The notes under the pieces were generated by a model. It was not told the origin of the DNA. It saw nothing but the letters and a program-made list of their open reading frames with translations, and ran no database searches. The translations under genes and the position numbers were made by a program. Positions 20,673 to 31,700 of a stretch of 57,879 bases of DNA are shown here, in pieces (position 1 is the stretch's first letter; each line of letters starts with the position of its first letter). The stretch spans positions 1-57,879 of the forward strand of contig JAATGN010000167.1 in assembly GCA_015654615.1 (NCBI GenBank). The letters run 5' to 3'. Origin of the DNA: Rhodospirillales bacterium (GTDB lineage Bacteria > Pseudomonadota > Alphaproteobacteria > Rhodospirillales > Magnetospirillaceae).

Positions 20673-22706
20673 TCATGGACGGACCGACGCCAAGGCTTTT
20701 TCCGTCCACAGCCGGCGATCCGGGCCGATGGGACGAAACGCATGGCGCCGCGCCAGCCTGGCCAGCCACCAGGCATGGTAGTCCTCGATCGACTGGACCT
20801 CGAGCTCATCGTAGTCCGGCTCGAGTCCCACCTCGAGATAGATGTCGAGGTTGGCGAGATCCGGACGCGGCAGCCGCCCGGTCTCGAACTCGCTCCACAT
20901 CTGGCCGTAGAGCTCCTCGAGCCGGCGGACCAGCGTCGGGGTATCGAACAGGACGCAGCTGTCCCGCTCGGCCAGAAGGCGATCGCGGTAGATCTGGATC
21001 GCCGCCCGGTTCCGCCCCAGGGCGACGGCGCGATCGACATATTCGGCGGGCGACAGGCAGGCCAGGTCGGCGAGGCCGGCGGCGCGGACCAGGCTGCCGC
21101 AGACCCTCGATGCGAAGGAACGGCCGCTGAGCGTCAGCACCGGCACCCCCATCCAGAGCGCGTCGGATGCCGTCGTATGGGCGCCGTAGGGCAGGGTATC
21201 CAGGAAGAGATCGGCCAGGGGGTAGCGCGCCAGATGGTCCGGATTGGCCGCCTTGACGGCGAAAACGATCCGGTCTTCGGCGATGCCGTGCTGCCGGGCG
21301 ATGGCCCACAGGCGCTCCCGCACCCCCTCGGAGCCGTCGAGAAGCCACAGGACGCTGTCCGGAACCCGCTCCAGGATGGTCAGCCAGCGCTCATAGGTGA
21401 AGCGGTTGATCTTTTGCGCGCCGTTGAAGCAGCAGAAGACCATCGCCTCTTCGGGAAGCCCGGCCTCGCGGCGGGACGGTTGCCTGGGAGAGACGGCGCG
21501 CTTGCGGTCGTTGGACTGGTAGCAGGGCAGGCGCAGCACCTTTTCGGTATAATAGAGTTCGTGCCCTTCCGGGACGATCCAGTCGTCGGCGATGATGTAA
21601 TGGTGGTAGGGGCTCGCCATGCTGCCGGGAAACCCCAGCCAATTGACGATGACCGGGGCCGGCCGCAGCAGGACCAGCTTGGTGCGCCCGTCGCGGGTGT
21701 AGCCGTTCACGTCGACCAGGATATGGATGCCGTCGTCGGCGATCCGGCGGGCGGCGGTGGCGTCGTCGAGATGGCTGATCGGCACCCAGTGATCGACGGC
21801 GGCCCTGATCCTGGCCTGAATGGAATCGTCGGCATCGGGTCCGCAGTAATAGACCGAGACCTCGACGGCCTTGGGATCGTGCAGTTCGAAGACCTCCGCC
21901 ATCAGGAAGCCGACGGCGTGAGCCCGGAGATCGGACGACAGATAGCCGATCCTGAGGGGACCGGATTTTTTCCCTTCGCGCGCCGCCCAGTGCGAGGCGA
22001 CGAAGCCGCCTTCGGGCGCGCCGACGTCGCATTTGTTGTAGTTCCCGTTGATCGCCAGTTGCAGCAGGGGATCGTCGGCCAGGGTGGCGATGGAAAGCGG
22101 CGAGATGCCCTTCATCAGGATGTCGTGCGTGACCCGCTCCCACGGCGCCACCACCGGCCATTTGCACTGCCTTTGCCGCAGGGCGATCAGATGCTGGACG
22201 GCCTCTCTCTGGCTGGGATCGAGTTCCAGGCTGTGACGCAGCTGGGCCTCGGCGGGGTCGTCCTGATTCTTCGATTCGAGAACGCGGGCCATCTGGTTGA
22301 GCGCGATGGTCTTGTGGGCGACGGCGTTGCCGGTGACCATGCCCAGCTTGTCGACCATGGCGGCCCACTGGAGGACGGCCTTGTCGGCCGCGCCGAATTT
22401 TTCATGGATGCGCCCGAGGTTGATGTGGGCGGGCATGAAGTCGGGGTTGAGGGAGATGGCCCGTTCCAGGCAGGCCTGGGCGGCCGTCAGGTCGCCCGCA
22501 TCGGTCAGCGCGACGCCATAATTGAACAGAACGGCGAAAAGCAGCGGATTGTCCTGGTTGTGCTTGATCCAGGCCTTGAAAAGCGCCATGGCGCTGGCCG
22601 TTCCCTCCGTCGCCTTCAACACGTCGACCACGCGAGTCAATTCGACGACGCTCAGGTTTCCGTTTTTGGACCTGGTCATTGCGGACGAAAAGATCTCACT
22701 GCCCAT
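20673..22706 (-). CDS. TPR-containing GT41 glycosyltransferase (O-GlcNAc transferase/SPINDLY-like)
   Basis: N-terminal TPRs; LRIGYLSSDLRAHAVG, ILVDVNGYT, NWLGFPGS, FNGAQKI and DLFLDTLPYGAHTTASDALWMGVP. Confidence 0.93.
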   Translation of the reverse strand: MGSEIFSSAMTRSKNGNLSVVELTRVVDVLKATEGTASAMALFKAWIKHNQDNPLLFAVLFNYGVALTDAGDLTAAQACLERAISLNPDFMPAHINLGRIHEKFGAADKAVLQWAAMVDKLGMVTGNAVAHKTIALNQMARVLESKNQDDPAEAQLRHSLELDPSQREAVQHLIALRQRQCKWPVVAPWERVTHDILMKGISPLSIATLADDPLLQLAINGNYNKCDVGAPEGGFVASHWAAREGKKSGPLRIGYLSSDLRAHAVGFLMAEVFELHDPKAVEVSVYYCGPDADDSIQARIRAAVDHWVPISHLDDATAARRIADDGIHILVDVNGYTRDGRTKLVLLRPAPVIVNWLGFPGSMASPYHHYIIADDWIVPEGHELYYTEKVLRLPCYQSNDRKRAVSPRQPSRREAGLPEEAMVFCCFNGAQKINRFTYERWLTILERVPDSVLWLLDGSEGVRERLWAIARQHGIAEDRIVFAVKAANPDHLARYPLADLFLDTLPYGAHTTASDALWMGVPVLTLSGRSFASRVCGSLVRAAGLADLACLSPAEYVDRAVALGRNRAAIQIYRDRLLAERDSCVLFDTPTLVRRLEELYGQMWSEFETGRLPRPDLANLDIYLEVGLEPDYDELEVQSIEDYHAWWLARLARRHAFRPIGPDRRLWTEKALASVRP

Positions 22707-22784
22707 GTTCTCTCCCCATGCCGTCAGCGGACGCCGCCTCGACGATGGCGGATCGGCGGCATGCCTTGTTTCATGCCACCGATC

Positions 22785-25700
22785 TTACGACAGGGCAATC
22801 TGGATCGCCGCGATCTGGGCGGACGTCATGCCGTCCCGCTGCGTTTGCGTGAAGGCGCCGATCTGGCTGGCGTTCAGGGCTTCGATCTGGTCCGGGGTCA
22901 GGGCGCCGATTTCGGTCGTATCCAGGCCCGAAATCTGCGTCGTCGTCAGGCCGCTCAATTGATTCGAATCCAAATTGCCGATCAGGTTTTCCAATTGAAT
23001 GGTCGACAGCGCCCCGACCTGGTCCGGCGTCAGGGCATCGAACTGGGTGGCGGTCAACGCGCCCAGCTCGGTGGTGGTCAGGTTGGAGACCTGGATGGTC
23101 GAGAGAGAGGATATCTGCGTCGCCGACAGGGCCTGCATTTGCGATGTCGACAACGCCCTGAGCTGCATCCGCACCAGATCGGCCAGTTGGGTGACGGTCA
23201 GGGCGGCGATTTCGCCGGTCGTCAGGGCGCCCATTTCGGTGACGGTCAGCGCCCCCATCTGCGTTCCGGTCAGTCCGCCGATCTGGGTGATGGTCATCGC
23301 GGCGATTTCGCTGTTCGTCAGGCCGGCGATGGCCGTCACCGACAGCGCGCCGATCTGGGTGGCGGTCAGGGCCGAGAACTGGGTGGCCGACAGGCCGGCG
23401 ACCTGCGTCGGCGTCAGGCCGCTGATGCCGGTGGTCGACAGGGCGGCGATCTCGGTGGTGGTCAGGCCGCCCATCTCGGTCGCCGTCAGGGCGGCCAGGC
23501 CGGTGCCCGACAGGCCGCTGAACTGGGCCGGCGTCAGCGCCGCGATCTCGGTGGTGGTCAGGCTGGCCACCTCGGTGGCGGTCAGCGCCCCGAGCGGGGG
23601 GGCCGGCAGGCCGCCAAGCGGGGGGGGGGTCAGCGCGCCGATCTGGTCGGCGGTCAGGCCGCCGATCCCCGTGGTGGAAAAGGCGGCCATCTGCGTCGCC
23701 GTCAGGACGGCGAACTGGGTGGTGGTCAGCGCGGCGACCTGCGTGTCGGTCAGTCCCGCCAGCTGCGTCGCCGACAGGGCGGCGACTTCGGTCTTGGTCA
23801 GGCTGCCGATCTGCGAGGAGGTCAGCGCCGCCATTTCGGTGGCGGACAGCCCGGCCAGCTGGGTCAAGGTCAAGCCGGCCAGTTCCGTGGCGGTCAGACC
23901 GCTGACCGCGGTGGTCGAGAGCGCCGCGATCTGGGTGGCGGACAAGGCGTGAAGCTGGGTCGTCGTCAAGGCCGCCATCTGATTGTCGGTCAGGCCGCCG
24001 AGCGCGGTGGCGGACAGGGCGGCCAGCTGCGTCGTCGTCACGGCGGCCAGCTGATCGGCGCTCAGGGCGGCAAGGTCGGTGGCGGTCAGCCCCTGGATCT
24101 GGGTGGTGGTCAGCGCCGCCAGTTCCACGGTGGTCAGACCGCCGATCGCCGTGGCGGACAAGGCGGCCAGTTCCGTGGTGGTCAGGCCGGCGATCTGCGT
24201 GGTGGTCAGGCTCGCCACCTGCGCGGCGGTCAGGCCGCCGACCCCCGTGGTGGACAAGGCCGCGATCTGCGTCGCCTTCAGGGAATGAAGCTGGCTTGCC
24301 GTCAGCGCCGCGACCTGGGTATCGGTCAGGCCGCCCAGCCCGGCGGCGGACAGCGCGCCGATCTGCGCGGTCAACAGGCTGGCGAGCTGCGTCTCGCTCA
24401 GGCCGCTGATCCCCGTGGTGGACAGCGCCGCCATCTGCGTGGTGGTCAGCGCGCCGAGCTGGCCGGTCGACAGGGCGGCCATCTGGGTCTGGCTGAAGGC
24501 GCCGAGGCCGGTGGCCGACAGGGCATTGAGCTCCGTCGTCGACAGGGCGGCGATCTGCGTGACGCTGAGGCCGTTGATGCCGGTGGCGGACAAGGCGGCC
24601 AGTTGCGTCGCCTTGAGGGCGTCGATCTGGCCGGCCGACAAGGCCGCCACCTGGGTGTCGGTCAGGCCGCCGATCTCGGTGACGGTCAGCGCGGTGAGTT
24701 CGGCGGTGGTGAGGCCGGCGACCTGCGTCGTGGTCAGGGCGCCGACCTGGATCGCCGTCAGGCCGTGAAGCTGGATGCTGCTGAGCGCCGCGAGCTGGGT
24801 CGCGCTCAAGGCCTGGATCGCCGTGGTGGACAGCGCGGCGATCTGGCTGGTTTTCAAGGCGGCGATCTGCGTCGCCGACAGCGCGGCGGTCTGCGCGGCG
24901 GTCAGTCCGCCGATTTCGGCGGTCGTCAGGACACCAAGCGCCGTGGTGGTCAGGCCGCCGATCTCGGTGGTGGTGAGCGCCGCCACTTCGTCCGCCGTCA
25001 GCCCGGCGATCTGCGTGGTCGAGAAAGCGGCAATTTGCGTGGCCAGCAGGCTGCCGAACTGATCGAGGTTCAGAGCCGCCAGTTCGGTCGTGGTCAGGGC
25101 GGCGATCTGGGCGGTGGTCAGCGCGGCGATCTGCGTGCTGGTCAGGCCGCCGATCGCCGTGGTGGACAGCGCCGCCATCTGCGTCGCCGCCAGGGCGGCG
25201 AATTGCGTCGTGCTGAGGGCGGATATCTGCGTGTCGGTCAGGCCGCCGATTTCCGTCGTGGTCAGCGCGGCCAGTTCCGTCGTCGTCAGATCGGCGAGCT
25301 GCGTCGCCGTCAGGGCGCCGATCTGCGTCGCCGTCAGGCTATGGAATTGCGTATCCGTCAGGGCGGCGATCTGCGTGCTGGTCAAAGCCCCGATCGCCGT
25401 GGAGGACAGCGCCGCCACCTGGGTGGTCCGGAGCGCCGCCAGTTGAGCCGTGCCGAGCGCCGCGATCTGGGTGTCGGCCAGGCCGCCGATTTCGGTGACG
25501 GTGAGCGCCGCCAATGCGGTGTTCGGCAAGGCGCCGATCTGCGTCGTGGTCAGCGCGGCGATTTCGTTCGCCGTCAGTCCGCTGATCTGCGTCGTGGTCA
25601 AGGCCGTCAGTTGCGTGGTGCTGAGGCTGACCAGTTGATCGGTGCTCAGGGCGGCAAGTTCGGTGACCGTCAGTCCCCGCAGCTGCGTGGTGGTCAGGGC

Positions 25701-28700
25701 CGCCATCTGGGTATCGGTCAGGCCGCTGATGCCGGTGGTGGACATCGCCCCGATCTGGGTGGCGGTCAGGGCGGCCAGCTGGTCCGGGGACAGGGCGGCG
25801 ACCTGGGTGTCGGTCAGGCCGACGATTTCGGTAATCGTCATCGCCCCCAGCTGGGTGGTGGTCAGGGAGGCCAACTGCTCGGTGGTCAGGTTCTGCATCT
25901 GGGCCGCCGTCAGGGCCTTCATCTGGCCCGTGGTCAAGACCGCCAGTTCCGCCGCGGACAGACCATTGATGCCGGTCATCGACAGGGCGCCGATCTGCGT
26001 CGTCGTCAAGGCGCCGAGCTGGTCGGCGCTCAGAACCGCGACCTGGGTGTCCTGCAGTCCGCCGATTTCGGTGGTGGTCAGTGCGGCGATCTGGTTGACG
26101 GTCAATCCGCCGATCTCGGTGGTGGTCAAGGCGGCGATTTCACTGGCCGTCAGTCCGCTGATCTGCGTCGTGGTCAAAAGCCCGATCTGCGTCGCCGACA
26201 TGGAGGAAAGCTGGTCGGCGGTCAGCGCCGCCATCTGCGTCGCCGTCAGGGCGGTGAGCTGCGTCGTGGTCAGGCCGGCGATCTGCGTGGCGTTCAGGCC
26301 GCTGATGCCGGTGGCCGACAGCGCGGCCATCTGCGTCGCCTTGAGCGATCCCAGCTGGTCGGCGGTCAGGGCGCCCATTTCGGTGGTGGTCATTCCGCCA
26401 AGCTGGGTGGTCGTCAGCTGGGCGACCTGCGTCGTCGTCAGGGCGGCCAATTGCTCGGTGCTGAGGGAACCCAGCCCGGTCGCGGTCAATCCCTTGATCT
26501 GGGTGGTGGTCAGCGCGGTGATTTCCGTCGTCGTCAGTCCGCTGATTCCGGTGGCGGACAGGGCCGCCATCTGCGTCGTCGAGAGGACCGCCAGCTGGGC
26601 CGGAGTCAAGGCCGCCATCTGCGTATCGACCAGGGCGCCGACTTCGGCGCCGGTCAGCGCGGCGATTTCGGTGGTCGTCAGCCCGGCCAACTGCGTCGTG
26701 GTCAGGGCGGCGATTTCCGTGGTGGTCAGGCTTTTGATCTGGGTGGTCGAGAAGGACACCAGGGCGGTGGTCGACAAGGCGCCGAGTTGGTCGGTGCTCA
26801 AGGCGGCGATTTGCGTCGGCGCCAGGCCGTCGAGTTGGGTGGTGGACAGGGCGGCGATCTGGGTTTCGCTCAGCCCGCCGATCCCGGTGGTCGACAGGGC
26901 GCCCACCTGCGTCGAGGTCAGCGCGCCGAGCTGATCGGCCGACAGTGCGTTGACCTGGCTGTCGCTCAGGCCGCGCAATTGCGCGGCCGAAAGGGCGGTT
27001 ATTTCGGTGGTCGTCAGGGCTCCCAGCTGTTCCGTCGTCAGGTTTCCCAGCTGCGTCGCGGTCAGCCCCGCCAGTTGGGTGGTGGACAGCGCGGCGATTT
27101 CCGCGGTCGTCAGGCCGTCGATGCCGGTGGCGGAAAGCGCCCCGATCTGGGTCGTCGAGAGAGCGGCCAATTGGGCCGGGGTCAAGGCCGCCGTCTGCGT
27201 GTCGGTCAGGGCGCCGATCTGGGTGGCGGTCAGCGCCGCCATGGCCGTGGTGCTCAGTCCGTTCAACTGCGTGGTGGTCAGCGCGGCGATTTCGGCGGCC
27301 GTCAGGCTCCGCAGCTGGGTGGTGGTCAGCGCCGCCAGTCCGGTGGTGGTCAGGCCGCCCAACTGGTCGTTCGACAGGCTTCCCAGCTGCGTGGCCGTCA
27401 GGCTGCTCAGTTGGTTGGTGGTCAGGGCGGCGATCTGCGTCTGGCTCAGGCCGTCGATCCCGATGATGGACAGGGCGCTCAACTGCGTCGCCGTCATCGC
27501 GGCCAGCTGGGTCGTCGACAGGGCGGCGACCAGGGTGCTGCTGAGACCGCCCAACTGGGCGGTCGACAGGGCGGCGATTTCGCTGGTGGTCAAGGTGCCC
27601 AGTTGATCGGTCGTCAGGCTGCCGATCTGGGCCGCCGTCAGGCCTTTCAATTGGGTCGTCGTCAGCCCGGCGATCTCGTCGCCGGTCAGGCCGCTGATCC
27701 CGGTGACGGACAGCGCCGCCATCTGCGTGGCGGACAGCGCGGCCAATTGGGCCGGGGTCAGCGCCGCCGTCTGCGCGTCGGTCAGCGCCTTGATTTCCGT
27801 GACCGTCAGCACCGCCACCTCGGTGGTGGTCAAGCCCGACAGCTGGGTGGTGGACAGCGCGGCGATTTCGGTGACGGTGAGGCTCTTGACCTGGGTGGTG
27901 GACAGCGCGGCGATTTCGCCGCTGGTCAGACCGCCCAACTGATCGGTGGTCAGGCCGGCCAATTGCGTCGCCGTCAGGCCGCCCAGTTGCGTGTTGGTCA
28001 GCGCGCCGAGCTGCGTCTGGGTCAGGCCGCCGATGCCGGCGATGGACAGCGCGCCGATCTGTGTGGCGGCCAGGGCGCCGAGCTGGGCCGGGCTCAGCGC
28101 CGCCACCTGCGTGGCGGTCAGGCCCTTGATCTGGGTGGTGGTCAGGGCAGCCAGCTCGCCGGTGGTCAGGCCGGCGATCTGGCTGGTGCCCAGGGCGGCG
28201 ATTCCGGTCGCCGTCAGGCTCCGCAGCTGGGTCGTGGACAGCGCCGCCAGTTCGGTGGTGGTCAGGCCGCTGATTCCCGTGGTCGACAGCCCCGCCACCT
28301 GGGCCGCCGTCAGGACGGCGACCTGGGCCGGGGTCAGGGCGCCGATCTGCGTGTCGGTCAGTTTTCCCATCTGGGCGGCGGTCAGCGCCGCCAGGGCGGT
28401 GGTCGTCAGGCTGGCGATCTGGGTGGTGGTCAGCGCCGCCAGTTCCGTGGCGGTCAACTGGCTGAATTGCGTGGTGGTCAGCGCCGACAGCACGGTGGTG
28501 GTCAGGCCGCCGATCTGCCCGAGCTCGGCCGCCGTCATGCCGCCCAGCTGGGTGACGCTCAAGGCGGCGACCTGCGTCGAGGACAAGCCGCCGATCGCCG
28601 TGGCGGTGATGGCGCCTATTTGCGTGGCGCTCAGGCCGGCCAGCTGATCCGGGGTCAGGGCCGCCAGCTGCGCCGCGGTCAAGGCGCCGAGTTGCCCATT

Positions 28701-31700
28701 GGAAAGGGCCGCCATGTCCGTGGTCGAGAGGGCGTCGATCTGCGTGGTGGTGAGCGCGGCGATTTCGGCGGCGGTCAGTCCCTTGACCTGAGTGGTGGAC
28801 AGCGCGGCCAGCTGATCCGGGGTGAGGCTGCCGAGCTGATCGGCGTTCAGGGCGGCGATCGAGGCCGCCGTCAGGCTGTGGACCTGGGTCGGGCTGAGCG
28901 CCGCCATTTGCGTCGCCGTCAGGCCGCCGATCCCGCTGGCCGACAGGGCCGCCATCTGGGTGGTGGTGAGCGCCGCCAGCTCGTCGGGGGTCAGGCCGCC
29001 GACCGCCGTGGCGGTCAGGGCCGCCACCTGCGTCGCCGTCAGGGCGCCGAGTTGGCTGGTGGTCAAAGCCGCAATCTGCGTGTCGCTCAGATTCCTGATC
29101 TGGGTCGCCGTCAGGGCGCCCAGCTGCGTGTTCGTCAATGACCCGAGCTCGGTGGCGGTCAGCGCCGCCACTTGCGTCGCCGTCAGTCCCTTGATCTGGG
29201 TGATGGTCAGCGCCGCCAGATTGGTCGAGGAAAGGGTGCCGAGCTGATCCATGCTCAGGGCGGCGATCTCGGACGTGGTCAAACTCCGCAGCTGCGTGGT
29301 GGTCAGCGCCGCCAGCTGCGTCTCGGTCATTCCGCCGATCCCCGACGAGGAGAGATTGCCCAATTGGGTCACCGTCATGGCGGCGATCTGGGTGGCGGTC
29401 AGCGCCGCCATCTGGGCGCCGGTCAATCCCTTGACCTGAAGCATCGACAGCGCCGACAGTTCGGTGGTGGTCAGAGCGCCCAACTGATCCGACGTCAAGG
29501 TGCCGATCTGCGTCGCCGTCAGGCCTTTCATCTGGGTGGTGGTCAGGGCCGCCATCTCGGTGGTGGTCAGGCCGCCGACCGCCGTGGTGGAAAGGGCCGC
29601 CACTTGCGTCGACGACAGACCGGCGAGCTGCGCCTGGGTCAAGGCGGCGACCTGCGTGTCGGTCAGATTGGCGACTTGAGCCGCCGTCAGCGCGGCCAAT
29701 TGCGTGGCGCTCAAGGCGCCGATCTCGGTGAAGGTCAGTCCGGCCACCTGGCTGGCCGTCAGGCCCTTGATCTGGGTGGCGGTCAGCGCGCCGAGCTCGG
29801 TTCCGGTCAGCGCGCCCAACTGGGCGGCGCTCATGGCGCCCAGTTCGACGGCGGTCAGGCCGCGCAACTGGGTCGTCGTCAGGGCGGCGATCTGCGATGC
29901 GGCCAAACCGCCGATCGCCGCGGTGGACAGCGCGCCGATCTGGGTGGCGGTCAGGGACCCCAACTGGTCGAGGCTCAAGGAGCCGATCTGCGCCGCCGTC
30001 AGGCCCTTGACCTGCGTCGCGTTCAGGATGGCCAGCTCGGAGCCCGTCAGGCCGGCGAGCTGGTCGCCGGTCAGGAATCCGATTTCGGCCGCCGTCAGGC
30101 CCGTCATCTGATTCGTGGTCAGGGCGGCGATTTCGGTCGCGGTCAAGGCGCCCAGTCCGGTGGTGGTCAGGGCGCCCATCTGGGTCGAGGTCAGGGCGGC
30201 CAGCTGGGCCGCCGTCAGCCCGCCCACCTGCGTGTCGGCCAGGCTCCTGATCTGCGTGGCGGTCAGCGCCGCGACCTGCGTGGTGGTCAGGCCGCCAAGC
30301 TGGTCCGTCGTCAGGGCGGCGATCTGGGTGGCGGTCACCCCCTTGATCTGCGTGCTGGTCAGCGTCGCCAGCTCGGTCGTCGTCAAAGTGCCGATCTGGT
30401 CGGTGGTCAGGGCGCCGATCTGCGTCGTGGTCAGACCGCGCAGCTGGGTCGGGGTCAGCGCCGCCAGTTCGGAAGCGGTCAGGCCGCCGATCGCCGTGGT
30501 CGACAGCGCCGAAATCTGCGTCATCGTCAAAGCGGCGAGCTGATCCGGCGTCAAGGCGGCCACCTGGTCCGCCGTCAGGCCTTTGACCTGTGCGGCGGAG
30601 AATGCCGCCAATCCGCTGTTGGTCAGACCGCTCAACTGGTCCGTCGTCAGCGTCCCCACCTGCGCCGGGGTCAATCCCTTGATCTGGGCGGCGCTGAGGG
30701 CGGCCATTTCGCTGCCGGTCAGGCCGCCGATCGCCGTGGTGGTCAGCGCCGACATCTGCGTCGCCGTCAGGGCGGCCAGTTGGGTCAGGGCCAGCCCGGC
30801 CACTTGCGTGTCGGCCAGATTGCGGATCTGGGCGGCCGTCAGGGCGGCGATCTGCGTCGTCTGCAAGTTGCCGATTTCGGTGCTGGTCAAGGCGGCGATC
30901 TGCGTCGCCGACAAGCCGCTGATCTGCGTGGTGGTCAGCGCCGCCAGATCCGAATCGGAAAGGCTGCCCAATTGGTCGGCGCTCATGGCGCCGATGGCGG
31001 TGGTGGTCAGGCTGCGCAGTTGCGTGGTGCTCAGGGCGTCGATCTGCGTATCGCTCAGGCCGGAGATTCCCGTGGTCGACAAAGCGCCCAGCTGGGTCGC
31101 GCTGAAGGCGGACAGCTGGATCTCGTCCAAGGCCGATATCTGCGCGTCGGTCAGCCCCCTGATCTGCGTGGTGGAAAGCGCCTGCAGCTCGGTGATGGTC
31201 AGGGCGCTCACCTGGTCGGCCGTCAGCGATCCCACTTGTGCGGCCGTCAGGCCCTTGATCTGCGTGGTGCTGAAGGCCGCCATCTCGTCGGAGGTCAGTC
31301 CGCCGATCGCCGTGATGGACAGCGCCGCCACCTGCGTCGTCGTCAGGGCGGCAAGCTGGGTCAAGGCCAATCCCGCCACCTGCGTGTCGGTCAGGTTTTT
31401 GATCTGGGCGGCGCTCAGCGCGGCGATCTGCGTGGTGGCCAGGGCGCCGATCTCGGTGAGTGTCAAGGCGGCGATCTGCGTCGCGGTCAATCCCTTGACC
31501 TGGGTGGTGGTCAGCGCCGCCAGCTCGGCGGCGGAGAAATCGCCGAGCTGATCGGTGCTGAGGGCGCCGATTTCGGAGGCCGTCAGTCCGGCGAGCTGGC
31601 TCGGGGACAGCGCGGCGATCTGCGTGTCGGTCAGACCGCTGATCCCGGTGGCCGTCAATCCGCCGAGCTGCGTCGCGGTGAAGGCGGCGAATTGATCGGC

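Noticed and set aside
23590-23635. Pro-rich insert LTPPPLGGLPAPPLGA in the repeat protein
   Set aside because: The changes are T-to-G substitutions creating G runs on the plus strand (ggt to ggg) while the octamer register is preserved. This is typical of sequence-specific read errors, so it is probably not a real hinge.
19428-29141. 3,237-aa plus-strand ORF, and the related 26140-33228, 29172-31952 and 32004-33197 ORFs
   Set aside because: Antisense or alternative-frame shadows of metX, the GT41 gene and the repeat gene. High GC3 and repetitive codons suppress stops, and the products are Arg/Gly-rich with no motifs.
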